In this document: one piece after another, positions 27,050 to 39,800 of the stretch | How the letters are laid out: each line of letters starts with the position of its first letter | How positions within the stretch are numbered: the first letter of the stretch is position 1 | NCBI GenBank assembly: GCA_036172245.1 | Contig: JAYWIR010000007.1 | Location: 4,774,001 to 4,838,000, forward strand | Reading direction: 5' to 3' | DNA: 64,000 nt | Source of the DNA: Raillietiella orientalis | Lineage: Eukaryota | Made by a program: the position numbers and the translations under genes | The notes under the pieces: generated by a model | Told to the model about the DNA's origin: nothing | The model's input: only the letters and a program-made list of their open reading frames with translations | Database searches by the model: none

Positions 27050-27500
27050 GAAAATGGAGCCGTGGAGCTGGATGACACCCCCATTAAGGGGTGGATATCA
27101 ATCAAGGTATGAGACACACACCGAGTTTCATCTTCGTTCCGGCGTATGGGAGTCAGTCACGTGCGCCTGACCTCGTCGGACATGAATGCACGGGGGTCAA
27201 AAGCTCTGGTGGACAGTGCATCAGAGGGGGACAAAAAAGGGCGAAAACAGTTAGGGCGGGCTCTTGGTGCTCTCCTGGGCATTGTCTCGTTAATGCTCGA
27301 TGAGGAGGAGAACCCCATCCGTCTCCTTACCTACTGGTAACAACGTCCGCCGATTTCGGGCCTCAATTCGGTTCTTCACTGTTTCGAAAGGAATTGCGAT
27401 CAGTGGATCGGCCAGGGGAACGTTAGGTCACTTCGCTTGAGAGATTTTGGGTTTTCAAATGGTGCTGCACCGAAGAGGCGATGGTATTCTGCTCGCTGGT
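27050..27500 (+). mobile_element. APE-endonuclease fragment of a non-LTR retrotransposon
   Basis: SSDMNARG...DKKGRKQLG...LLTYW resembles the GDFNA...TY/TW endonuclease motifs. Confidence 0.45.
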
Positions 27501-27720
27501 ATGTGTGACCAGAGACGGCAAGGCTCCAGCGGGAGCACCTAGGTTTTCAGAATTCATGGGAAAAGCACTTCGCTGCGCTACACTGCGTGCGTTCCTAGAA
27601 GAGGAGGGGAGGAGGGGGTCTTCCTCTTTGAGGAGAAGTCACAGAGGAGGATCAGAGGTGTCACTATGCAGAACATTCCATCTGAGAGATGCCTCAGTCC
27701 TTGGATGGCCCTTCCGTTTT

Positions 27721-29200
27721 CACCCGGTCACGCCGGGCTGTTTATTGTAAAAGGTACGTCTTTTGGCAGTAAATCTTGTAGCCTTCCTGCGACGGCAGCA
27801 AAACACCACTACTTTGAGATGTTCCGGAGGAGTTCCCTGTTCGGAAGCAGTTGCCGCAGGAGGGGGCCCGCTCAGGTAGATTAGAGGGAAGGGGAATATA
27901 CAAAAAAAGAAATAAACTTCAAATAAAAAAAGTACTAAAATGTTAGGAGTGGAAGGGGAGGTAAGGGAAAAGGTTCCAGATGGTTCCTGGTCGCCTCTGC
28001 ATCCTCTCCTTTCCGAGGTCTATCTTCCACCTTCGTTCCCTTCCAGCTTCCTCGATAAGGATTTCAAGTGACCGGCAAAGAACCATGTTACTCTCCACCG
28101 TCCGAGCATCCTACCCTGAACCTCTTCTCGGACGCGCCTGCAGCGGCTGAAGGACAACAGAAAGCGAACGGCTCCCTACGTGAATTCAACCTGCCAGGGA
28201 TCCCAGAATTGGTCTTGAAGCCCTTTGGGGCTTAGGTATGCAAAGCTGCTCTATCTATGAACCGCCAAAGAGGCAACTGCCATTAAGGATCATCGAAAAG
28301 AGCACGTTCTGTGGCTGCCTTCTCCGGAAACCCTGACAGCAAACAGCTCTCCATCTAGAAGCAACTATAAACATCCTTTCCACTTTCGAAGGATAACGGA
28401 TGCAGTGGTGCCGTTCCCAGATTTTCTTGAGGTCAGCAACCGGAAGGAGAATTCTTCTTGGGAGTGACACCATCTCTGGTGAATCTACCCCTTGTGAAAA
28501 AATTTCAGCATCCGGAATTCCGCATTCTTGGTCGATCCCTCCTTCTCGTCACTTTCCCACCCTGCAGGCGACAGCCAGGAAAGCCTGGAGTCTGGGAAGC
28601 CGTGCTGTTTTGGACCGCCAGGGTTGCGAGCCTGGTCGTCGCGGACCCTTGCGCGGACCGACGTCCAACATCACTGAGGCGGGTGGTTCTCAGCATCTTC
28701 AGTGGGATCATCACCCGTCCCCGTCCAGCATCGGAATTTCCAAGAACCTGTCCGCTCCAGTGGCTCCTCACGGCGCAACATTCTTCAGTACCCTGGGATT
28801 TCCTATCGAATCGTGCGCTGTTTCGGTCCACGCTTCCTCCCTCTCTCGCTCTCACGCATCGTCTTCGCTTTACAGATTCCATGGTTGACTGGCCCACACC
28901 ATAGCTGCTTTCCCCGTCCCTCATCTCCTCCTCTCGTGGACCTCATGCGGATCGGACCTTCTCCTTACCCAGCGCGAGTGGCCAGCTCGGAACAATCGAA
29001 GCGGGAGTGGACTGGTGTGACTTCTGCTCTCTGGATGAACTCGCCGTCCGTAGCATCACTCTCTGCCAAACCTTGGCCTAGCCTCTTGCCATCTCTCTTC
29101 CGCCGGTCCACAGCGAAGAGCTTCCTGGTCCTGGTTTGCCACGGTCCTTGTTCTTCATTGCGGCAAAAAAAAAAAAACATCCCATCTGTGAAGCTCGGAT
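27721..29200 (-). mobile_element. 5'-truncated L1/Tx1-like copy
   Basis: DLKKIWERHHCIRYPSKVERMF...SCLFGG (zf-RVT-like), ERMQRR C-terminus, T-rich tract and terminal AATAAA+CCCGG-cgtga-CCGGG hairpin at 27721-27746. Confidence 0.6.
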
Positions 29201-29310
29201 CTTAAGCGAAGGTCAGCACGAATGATGTGTTCACGTCAGCGTCCACTGGAAATCTCCGAGTTGCTGGGATGAGCCCTAGAGTCCCTGAGTTTTCGTCACT
29301 CGCTTCTGAT

Positions 29311-30150
29311 TTCTGACCCGATTTTTCTGGGGTATTTATTATTATGAAAACAATGATAAAAGTTCATACCAATTTAAAATAAGGTGGTGGAACAACACCT
29401 GATTCTACCACGTTAGTCAAACCTGCCAAGACCGGTATGCAGACAGGCGAGGTCCGTTTCCGCGGCGTCGGTAAAGCGAAAAACCGAAACAAACAAACAA
29501 ACAAAAAACTGAAAGGGAGGAGGAGTTTTCTGGGGAGGGTTGGGAGGTAAGGGCAGGGCGGAGAAGGGATCAGATTTCGCCATGAGACGTCCTCTGCATC
29601 CTGTCCAGGATGCTGACAAGTTTTGTTGAGGCTATCTGGAGGCGGTCTTCAAAAAAATTGCCTCCCAGCGGATGGAGTCCCTGATATTTCGACCTCTTCT
29701 TCTGGCGTTTCGGGCTGCCACGATTCCATGGACTCAGCAAAGGACTGCGAGGGAAGTGGCTGGCAGCAGTGCGGCACGTACGAAGAGGAGCCTGGAAAAT
29801 GTCGCTAAGGCCGCCCGCTGGGATTCTTAGGGTCGTCGCGAGGCGATCCCAAAGGGTCGGTGGGCAGCGCAGTCCAACAGCAGGTGCAGGAGGGTCTCCT
29901 CCCCGCGACTGTCGCACTTGACGTCCACGCTCTCCCGTGTCCAGTGGTGAAGGCGTGCCTTGCAGGGGATTTGCCCATGCAACACCAGCAGTGCCAACTA
30001 TTGCCACTCGAGGGGGAGGTTGCCACTGCTCCAGCACTCTGGGGATAGCTTCACCTCCTTCAGAGGTTTGTCGAGCAGCTCTAGCCAGCGCACAAGTCCA
30101 TGGGGTAGGACACTCGGGGTCTCAGCGTCCATCACTTCCCAAGTTGTTCA
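29311..30150 (-). mobile_element. 5'-truncated L1/Tx1-like copy
   Basis: NLPLEWQ*LALLVLHGQIPCKARLHHWTRESV, then FFEDRLQIA..KLVSILDRMQ, a T-rich tract and the 3'UTR motif at 29422-29468. Confidence 0.65.
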
Positions 30151-30329
30151 CACCCCCAGAAGTTTCTTCTTTGGTGCTATTTTATTTATTTTCCACTATT
30201 TTATTTCCCACCTTGTTTAGGATGGTGGGAATCCTGTCAGGTTCTTCTGCTTCTCCGTCTTCCTTTTAGCTTTGCTTCTTCTCTAGGGATTTCTTTTTTT
30301 TTTTTGGTTCTTAAAGTGCTGAATAACCG

Positions 30330-31650
30330 TTCACCCCCTTAAGGGGGTCTCATCTCGAAGCTCGTTCAACACCGCCCGCGCCATCCGAGGGTGCGTGCAA
30401 CTCTTCAAGCTGTAAGGGGCACCCCCGGAGAGGACTTTCTCTGCATTCTGTCCATGATGCTGGCAAGTTCTGTGGGTTTCCTTCTCAGGTGGGGCCATCT
30501 GAAGGCGGTCTTCAAAAATTTGCCGTCCAGAGGATGGCGTCTCTGCCGTCCTGTCCTCCTCTTTGCGCGTTCCAGGCTGCCACGATTCCGCGGACACAGC
30601 AGAGAAATGCCGGGGACGCGGCTGGCGGCAGGGTGGCACGCTCAAAGAGGAGTCGAAAAGTGCCCCGTCGCTCGCTATTGGTCAGAATCGGTAAGACTTT
30701 GGTATGGTGACGGTGAACAGGGATCCGCGAAATTATACTCGAGAACTGTTCGCATGAGAACTCTTCTGAGCTCCCAGGATCTCGCCGGAGCTACTAGCAC
30801 CGCGAGATCTTGGTAGACGGAAGCTTCGGGAGGGCTCGTGTACGAACCCTCCTGCGCGCACCTTCACGACAAGCCTGGGGAAACTGCCTTCCGACAAGAA
30901 TACAATGCCGGAAGGCAGAGGCGTCTTTATCCCGGTGGTTGATTGCTGCCTATCTTCATGCACGGTCGCTTCAGACAGGTGAGTCATTGAGCACTCCGTG
31001 TAGAGTTTCCGTCTACCCGTGGTCGCCCTGCTGTTCACAACGACCAACACTTTTATGGGGTCCGATGAGTCCCCATCTGGCGCTGTGACCCGACGTTTGG
31101 TTCATCCCACAGAGTCATTTCTGCTTACCAAAATAGATCCACTGGAGGAGAGGGGAAAGGGCTGGATGAATTCGAGCTCCAGCTTCCAAGCAAGTCGGAC
31201 GTGCCACTCATTTGAAGCTTGACAAAGCGTTGAGTCGAGTTCGACTTCACGAGAAGTGCACTTTTGCCCCGAGGCCTCTAGCCATTCGATTAACCAGATG
31301 AGACCCGATTACTCTTTTGTCTTCTTTGACGAGAGCCATTATGCTGAGGGAAACTTCAGTTGGCCTCTCGTCCCCAGGTTCTGCTCTCATGACCGATTCG
31401 CTCGTCCGGATCTCTGCAGACCTCGACAGAGTTTTCCTCTGTTCTCGCTCTTGATTAGGCAAACAAGTGGGTGATTAAGCACCAAGAAGATGCCAGCAGG
31501 AATGTGCTTCGGTCTTCTGAGATCAAAAGAGAAGGAGTCAAATGATCTAAGAGCATGGAAGTTATTTCAGTTTGTTTGCATGCTATGGGGACTGGACAGT
31601 GATCCCTTGTTTCATCATTTTGGACTCTGGTGATCACATACTTGAGAACT
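30330..31650 (-). mobile_element. L1/Tx1-like ORF2 fragments (endonuclease end, linker, C-terminus)
   Basis: RDHCPV (SDH motif-like)...PSLL, then SAEIRTS...GDERPTEV, then IFEDRLQMA..ELASIMDRMQ. Confidence 0.55.
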
Positions 31651-32368
31651 TTTGATGGGATAAACGAGGAAACGTTGTGGGATATGGGACAAACCAGAAA
31701 TACAAGAATAAAAGTCGAGAGGAGTCCACAATTTTTCCATAAATATCTCGAGTTTTACCTTAAAGTAGCTTATTGCTGCGATTGAAATAGACTGTCTCTA
31801 TACGTGTCAAAATCATACCAATACACGTAGACTGCTTTTTCTACGAATAAAAACTAATCATACGAGCCTAGTATTATCGATTCCTATTGATAGTAGTATT
31901 TAGTTTAAGAAAAGAAGAAGGGTGGAAATGCTAATGATATAGTAAGTGAAGGATCAGTTGTTTTCTCAGGGAGTAGAATTAAATTACCTTATGTTTGACT
32001 TTTTTTTCGGATAGGCTCGCTCAGTCATGTAGCTGAATAGAGCAAGTGATATATACTAAACAGGAAGTCAACTTTCTAAGATAAGATACATGTACACAAA
32101 AAGATTTCTCGTGATTTTTTCTGGTTATTTATTGTAGTTATTGCTGCTGTTGCTCCTGTTTTTTTTTTTTTTTTTGGAAGTGGGAAGCTTTTTAAACTCC
32201 TTCCTGTACTGAGTGCCCTTCTTGGGAAGCGGACTGCGACAGTCACTTGGCGAATTTCGCCAGAGTAGGTGGGAGGTGCGTCCTGCGAGGACGTCCCGTG
32301 CGTAGGAAAGTGTGGTTGAAGCAAAATTCAAATGGTGGTATTTTTTTCTTCTAGTTTTTGTCAGCAGA

Positions 32369-33806
32369 ATGAATAAACAGGATGTAAGTATGGTACGACA
32401 GCGCGCTGATGGAAAAATCAGCATTACCTTTGTAAACGAGCACTGTATGAGCGAATCGCAACTTGCAAACGATTTTGCAGTTTTCAATGGAGTTTTGAGT
32501 GAAAAAGGTAGTGGTCTTGGAGGTCAAAAGGGACGAGTGTACGTTAGATTTAAAACTGAACGGGAAGCCAAGGCTGCTATCGAGGGTCTTGCAACAAAAT
32601 ATCCAGGAATTGATATGGCCTTGGGGAAACGGAAGAATAACGATACCAACTCTTCGGAGCAGAGGGCTGCTTCGAATAAAAGAGATACCCTAGCATACGA
32701 AATTCACATCTCAAATTTTCCAAAACTTTTTACAGAAAGTGAAGTGTTGGCATTTCTACTTGAGCACATTTTTCAAATTCCTTCCAAAAAAAACCAGTGC
32801 CGAAAGCATCAGCAAGCTAAGTAAGTAGGCACATATTTAGGCACTTACTGTATCATAATGTTGCTTTTATACGTACAGTAAGTACTATAATATTGTTTTT
32901 ACCATAGTTGTGCTAGTAAGTTTTGCTTCTTACCGAAACAGTGCAGTGGTTAAATTCTGACCCAGCGTATTATGCTTTCAATTTGTGAATTACTGTTCTA
33001 TTATATAGTCTATGTAAGAACAATCATCGACAATTTTGACATGTTTGATAACTTCAGTGCAACTATATTGCATTATTTGAAACTACAAAGGATGAGAAAT
33101 GTAGATGTGAAAGCTGATGATTCTTGCCCTATTCATATTTGAAAACTACCGAATTTTGTGATTCCAGTTGTTGGCAAATATGGTTGAGCTTCCCAACACA
33201 AGATGCTCTCTTCCATGCCCTCAAAAGAATAAATTACCAATTCGTTAATAATAAAAACATAAATGCATTTGAAGTAAGCAATGAAAGTAAGTGAATTAGA
33301 TTAATTGTTTTGAGTTTCATTCATTGTTCAGATAGTGTTCCACCACCCCTAGTTCCATGGAACAGTGTACCATCTACGGAACCAGGTATTCGTTGTTTAC
33401 TTTTATTTAGTTGGCTTAAGCAGAGTTAGCTTGTTCTTCATTTGTGTTCATTAATTCATGATGTGAAATGTTTTTTGCATATTTTAATACTGGAATTCTT
33501 TATTGAAAGGGAATACAGAAGTTATAATTTCTAATTTTCCTTCTGGAATACAGACATGCGAACTTTCAGAATTGTTAAATGAATTCGAACCAACAGAAGT
33601 AAAGATCCTGGTTAATGAGTCATCAAAATCTATTAATCATCAGTGAGTCATGTACTGCATTCTAATTATTAATTGCTTCCGAATTGTTCTTTTTCAGAAC
33701 ATATGCATTGGCTACCTTTCCGGATCGGTTTCGTGCTGATGCAGCAATTTTGAATTTGCATTTGTGTGAATTTAAAGGGAGATCACTGATTCTTCAAAGA
33801 TGTTGA
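32369..33806 (+). CDS. Triple-RRM RNA-binding protein; exons 32369-32820, 33168-33286, 33332-33385, 33510-33642, 33698-33806 (288 aa)
   Basis: RNP1-like KGRVYVRF...EAKAAI, QIWLSF...ALKRIN and YALATF...ADAAILNLH..EFKGRSL; RNP2-like IHISNFP and VIISNFP. All introns are GT-AG and in phase. Confidence 0.8.
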
Positions 33807-33868
33807 TTTATTTAATATACTGTATAATAATTACGAAATAAATACACTTGACTTCTGTATTAATAATT

Positions 33869-36800
33869 TCAATAATAGTCCTCTTGAGTACTGTATTGTG
33901 CCTTATGATGTTGACTTAAGAGTTCTACTATTGACACTTCCTGCTCAGCTGCTTCATCTTCCTCCTCCAATTCTTCATCTTCCACGTCAGCAGCAACTGA
34001 ATTATCATCAGCGTTCGTCTTTTCACAGATTTGATTGCATTTTATTAATGGTTCACTGGATGTACTTTGTTCTGATTGGGGAATGGTTATTGGGGCCTCT
34101 TCCATAATGCTTAAGTTCCGTAACACGTCATAGTTGATTTTATTACTAATACGTTTTTCTTGCAACATTTTTGCAATGGCTTCACCTGCAGAATTTGCTG
34201 CAATTTGCGATTTCTTCCCCCTCAATCGCTTTTTCTTTGGTTTACCTTCAGCTTCTTCTTCAAGTTTCCTTTTTATTTTAACTACATTGAAGGTTTTTTT
34301 ATGAGACACCCTTCATGCACAAATTATACTTACTTTCTTGTTCTTTGAGGAATTCTTCATTCAGCTGCATCCACAGTTTTGTTTTTCTCTCAATTTCTTT
34401 AGCTGACATTATATATGAATCAATCTCTTCATCATCTATACCAGTGAGGTCCAGCAAATCACTGGAAACACAAGTTGTGGCTGTTTCCTTACCTACCTCT
34501 TTGTTACTGTTTGCAGAAGGCCTAGCTAAACATATTTTTTTCAGAAATTTGCATGTTTCAAATATTAGCTATGATACCTAAACCACATTTTGCTAGGGGC
34601 GTTAGGTTTCTGTCCTCGTTGCACAAGATCTCTTCAAGGTTTCCACTATTGTACATATCGATCATATCTAACGTTTCCTCCGTTATGAACTGAGATGCAT
34701 CTAGTCTTTCGGAATTTTCAAGATCAATTTCCATGATTTCTTGCATTGCTTGGAGCACTTAAAATCGTAATTACGCAGGTTTAAACAATAAGGGGGAAAC
34801 TTAAATAACTCACCTTGTGATTCTTTTTGAGTTCCATATATTTTCCTACGTTTCTGTTCCAACATTCTTTCAATTTCCTTTTGTAATACAATAAACTCAT
34901 ATGTGACCTCTTCCTGGTCTATTAACTGGAAGAGAATTAAAGAACGCATGATGTGAAACGGTTTAGAAACAATTGTCATTATGAGCTTATTCGATTTTTT
35001 CTGGGAAGAAGAAGGACTTGCTTTAAAGGAAGAAGGAAAAACGGGGAGAAAAAAACAGCGCAAGTGAGAACACTTCTGCCATGCAATTTGTGGCCGAAGA
35101 GCATCCATGATCGAGGCAGACCGTTCACTGTTTGCTTGCATTCTCAAATGCACTATACGCAAAAGTTCTCGAGAATGTGAGAAGCTGCAGAAAAAACTGA
35201 GCCCCAACATTATAAAAAAATTTATATTCAAAATTACAATGTTTTTTTTTTTTTTCCCGCACAAATACGTATTTGTAAACCAACGGCATGGGGGCACACG
35301 GAATATAACTGTAAGCCAACAACCTTTTTATGTTACATATCTTCAAAGTTTTCTGTTTATAAAATGCTAAATAATTGCATCTAGAAAACAACTATTACAT
35401 AAGATCGCTAAAAGACATACTTTTGCTCCACGAGCAAATAGAAGGAAGTACGATCGGAGATTTTCAAATAATTGTAGGGTACTTCAGGATGAAATAACTC
35501 TGCACAAATAAAAAATGACTGCCAACAGACAAATCACGAAGATACTGAATGAAGAAGAACAGCTGCCCAGCAATCCTTCGAAGGAATTTGAGGAATCGTG
35601 GAATTTATTTGAAAGGGCGAAAAGACAACCACACTGTGCATCCAACTTCCATTGCATCTCTCATACGCAATATATGTTCAAACTCTGTTTTGGCATTTCT
35701 ACCAAGAACAGTACGAAACACCCACAATCCCCAAAAAGCTTAAACCCTTTCGGTGACTGTCGAGAAATCTCAGAGTGGAGCGAAATTCTTGGCATCAAAA
35801 ACAAAAAAACGCTGCCCTGGATGATGAAGTTAAAGCGGTACGTACACACAGCATACAAAGTAAGATCCCGCGTAGGAAAAACTAAGAGTTTGGTGTGTAA
35901 TCCGACTTTCTTTAGACTGCAGGCTTCTGTGAAAGAGGCTTTCCTTCACATGCTGGCAAAGTGTTCTCCTTCCAGCGGCACGACGGCCCAGCATCCTCCG
36001 GAAGTCTGTTTCCATGCAACACGCCTATAACGGTAATCTTTCTGCAAGGGTGCACGTCAGTGTGCATAGGGCAGTGACGGACACGGACACCGACTTCCTC
36101 GCATAAAAAGCTGCACGGTCTCCTACGCTTTAAGATTTCCGAAAGGCAGCATCCCTGTAACAACCAATACTCCCTTGGAATTCGAACAATAAATGCGAAA
36201 TAAATGTGAGAACGGAGGGATTAAATCACACCACTTGAAAGATGATCGTTCACTGAAGCCTGCACCTTATTCCTCGACAAACTTACTGACACGTGTATCA
36301 TCCAGGTTATGCAACCTGCCGACTATCAGAATCTCATCTCAGCATCCTGGACCGCTTAATAAACAGCTGCTTAATTCGAAATTGGTTTAACGCACTTCCA
36401 AGAGGATCTCGATCCGATCTCAGTGGCTTTCTTTCTGAAATGGATTCGTAATCCTTCGAGAAAACAGCAAATTTCGAAACATTCACGTTCGCGAAAAACA
36501 TGGGCCTTTTGACCTATTGAAACGCTCGAGTCGTCTTTGCACGAGTTGGTCCATAGGTGAACCGCGGATCATGTAGCAGCACGACTCAGATGCCGTACCA
36601 CTTTCCGAAAGTTTCCACATCTCGCCTTCATGGCAGCCTCTGTTACGGATGCATCCGGAATCGCAGTGAACCGACACATTTACTGCACCCCGTTGTCAGC
36701 AGGTGCAGAATTCATGCCAAGCGAACCAGCAGCATACCTCACTATGAGAATACAAGTTGCATTCTTACATAAAAGTAGAAGGAACACTGATGACGCCTTC

Positions 36801-39800
36801 ATGTAGGATCATAGACTGCTGGAAGATTCTGGGGTGGCAAACCTTACAGATAATACCTTGGGCATTTTCCGCACTGTGGAAAATGTCGGAAAGCGAGAAG
36901 ACGGCATTTTGCCTCGTGCTTAACGTTTTGTCACGAGCACTTCCAAGAAAATCCTGTCTTTCCTTTTCCGAGGAATGTCAAAGAGCGTGGTTGAAGCGAA
37001 AACAGCAATGAAGGTGCGGATGGGCAATCAGACACTGTGAGGTGATTCACTTGGATTTCCCTTTGGCTCTCCATATTCCTGCCGAACAAATGACATTCGA
37101 TCAGCAGGGTGCTGCAACGGAGGCTGCCAGACGTCGCACACAAAGGCATCCTTTGGGTTCAAAGATATCCACTTTCCACCACCAACACTTCCCTACTGTT
37201 AGCGAAATACTCTAGACAGAAATCCACGGAAAGAAACGAAATCAAACCTTCCGAACGAATATTTTTTTTTAAAAAAAAAAAACATTGGGAGTATCCTTAC
37301 ACCGAACACCGACAGACCGCATTTGTGTGGGATCAAAATTACATAACACTGTTGCCAATGTCTACTTTCCGAAAGTTTCACCTCATGCTAAAAACTTTTC
37401 ACGATTAGAAAAGATGAGATTTCATACCGTGGGATGAAATACATGCACGGATCATAGAAATTTGTTCTTAAAACATGTAAAACGAAATTCAACTCGGATG
37501 TCCACAATACATAATGAACGTTCCAATGTCTACCTTGTTGATTTTATCTTTTTTTCTTGCACTTTTAAAACAGGGCGGGTCTTGTTCTTCTTCTAAATCT
37601 ATACTCATAAATTCGTCGAAAGTTAACGAACTTGAAGGAGTTTCACCAAATTCCATTAAACGCTTTCGAAGTGTTGATTCATGAACCCTCACAATATGAA
37701 CGATATCTTGTACATCACGCCTGAAATCATGAAGACGGGCTGCAATAAGAAGAGCTAAAACGTGAAAGAATATATAAGTTAATATTCTAGGAATCATGAT
37801 TGGTTTGCATTCAGTGTAAGGTGGTTCAGAGGCTTGGAAAATATGGATCCAGTACAATGTATTTTCGATTAGTTTCACTTAAGAGGTAAGATACGGAATG
37901 TACTACAAATCCGACACGTCCACTATGATATTTCGGTTTACATGCAAGCAATCTCGAGTTTCATTTTAGAGACAAATTAAGTTCATGACTGCCTTGATCC
38001 AGCACAAGGCAGAAGTACTGATGACGGTAAAAAAAATTCCATGGGAAACCTATAAAAACTACAGTATAAGAAGCAATGCTGAGTGTCAGTTCTTTCAGAA
38101 AAGAAGGCAATGATGGCTGGAAAAAAAAAATCCTTGGTTGCCAGGGAAATTATCCGAGGCTTGCAGCTGATGCTGTAAGCAAACGAATAAGCGGATTTTA
38201 TGATTCCATTTGATGAAAAATTTAAAAAGAAATCAAAGGCAAAGAGCTGAAAGAAACTCGATCCAACATGGAAAACGAAGGAAAACATCCTATGGGCATA
38301 CAATCTAAAAATCTCAAGAAACAAAGTACTCTGGAACAAAGAAATCACAATGATAATCTGTCAATTAGGAACTGCCTCAAGGAGAATAGTAGAATGGATA
38401 ACATCGGGGAGGTCTATGAAAACAGGAGATGCCGAAAGTTTGATGTTAGCAGGACCCATGCATCAGACAATCCTGTACAACTCAATCCTTAAGAGAAGTC
38501 CATTCATGTACAGCAAAAGGAAACTATGGAAAGACAAAGGGAACAGACGGAGAAAATGAAAAGTAAAAAACAAAAACAAACACACTGAGGAACTATTCAA
38601 CTGGCAAGCTTTTAAAAAAACTGGAAAGTCAACTTCGTACAGAGACTGTATCCACTTAAGGATATTGGAACCACTCTGTGGAAGACCAAACTGCATCCGG
38701 AAATGTTAGATATAGTTTACTCCTCCTTTTCCACACAAGTTCAAGATAAATAAAAAAAAACTCAACCATTGGCATCAAAACCGAGCAGACCAGTAATGTC
38801 CCACATGTGAACAGATTGAGATGCAAATGCACATTTTCCATTGTGAAACTCCGGGCAGTAACTTCAAACACGTAAGATGACTTTAACAGGCGAAGGGAAA
38901 GACGCAGTAAGAGGAATGTTAGAAGAACAAGGCGTTGCTCCCAAGTATAACCTACCACAGAGAATGTAAATTCTTCATTGCAGCACTCTTGGTCAGAAGG
39001 TAGAAAATAAAAAATGCAAAATGAACGACAGCAAAAGAGGCGTGTTGAAGAAGGAAACTGCTATCTATAGATGTGACCACCTTCCTTCAGAAATGCCTCA
39101 GTACTTACTGAGAAAAAGAACCACATTTTAGAACATTTTTTTGAAAAACCAGAAACATTCCTGATGCAAAGTTCAGTGTACATTCAACTACTGTAAATGG
39201 TATAATGCGTATTGCAAAATGTGAAAAGTAAAACACTCCTGATGTACATGAATCAAGGAAAACACTAACTTCTTAGGGAATTGAAATGGTACGAATCAAA
39301 AGTGAAAGGAGGCAAAAGAAGAATTGTGAACACTAATAAGACATATACACACAAAAAAGAAACAAGTATACACATATATGAGTGGGGATGGGCAAAATTT
39401 CGAGTACTGTCTTTCTAAATGAAAAATTGTTTCAGAAAATTCAAAGGCTTTTGCTACATTATATTACTTTCAGATTACATTACAATGAAGGCACGGTGCT
39501 AAAAACCATTTTTTGCAATATGAATTTGCATGCCATTTTCGTTTTCTGCATGCAAGACATAGTGGTGTTTAGCATCATTTCACGTCTTTGAATTCTGATT
39601 CTGGGAGAATTCAGCATAACATTCAGAAATCAAGATGTTGGCAAAATTTGCAAACATACTGGTATCACAATAAATGCATCGATTTCAGTACACATCATTA
39701 ATCCAGTAGGAACGAGATGAACCTACCAGCCCCACATAATCCTGAAGGGCGACGACCAGTATGTATCCAGTCACGTTTCATCCTTTGCACCAATTTAAGG

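Noticed and set aside
35400..37400. Additional nested gene or RT relic in a BRF1 intron
   Set aside because: Only a faint LGFPFG similarity, with no coherent frame or splice model.
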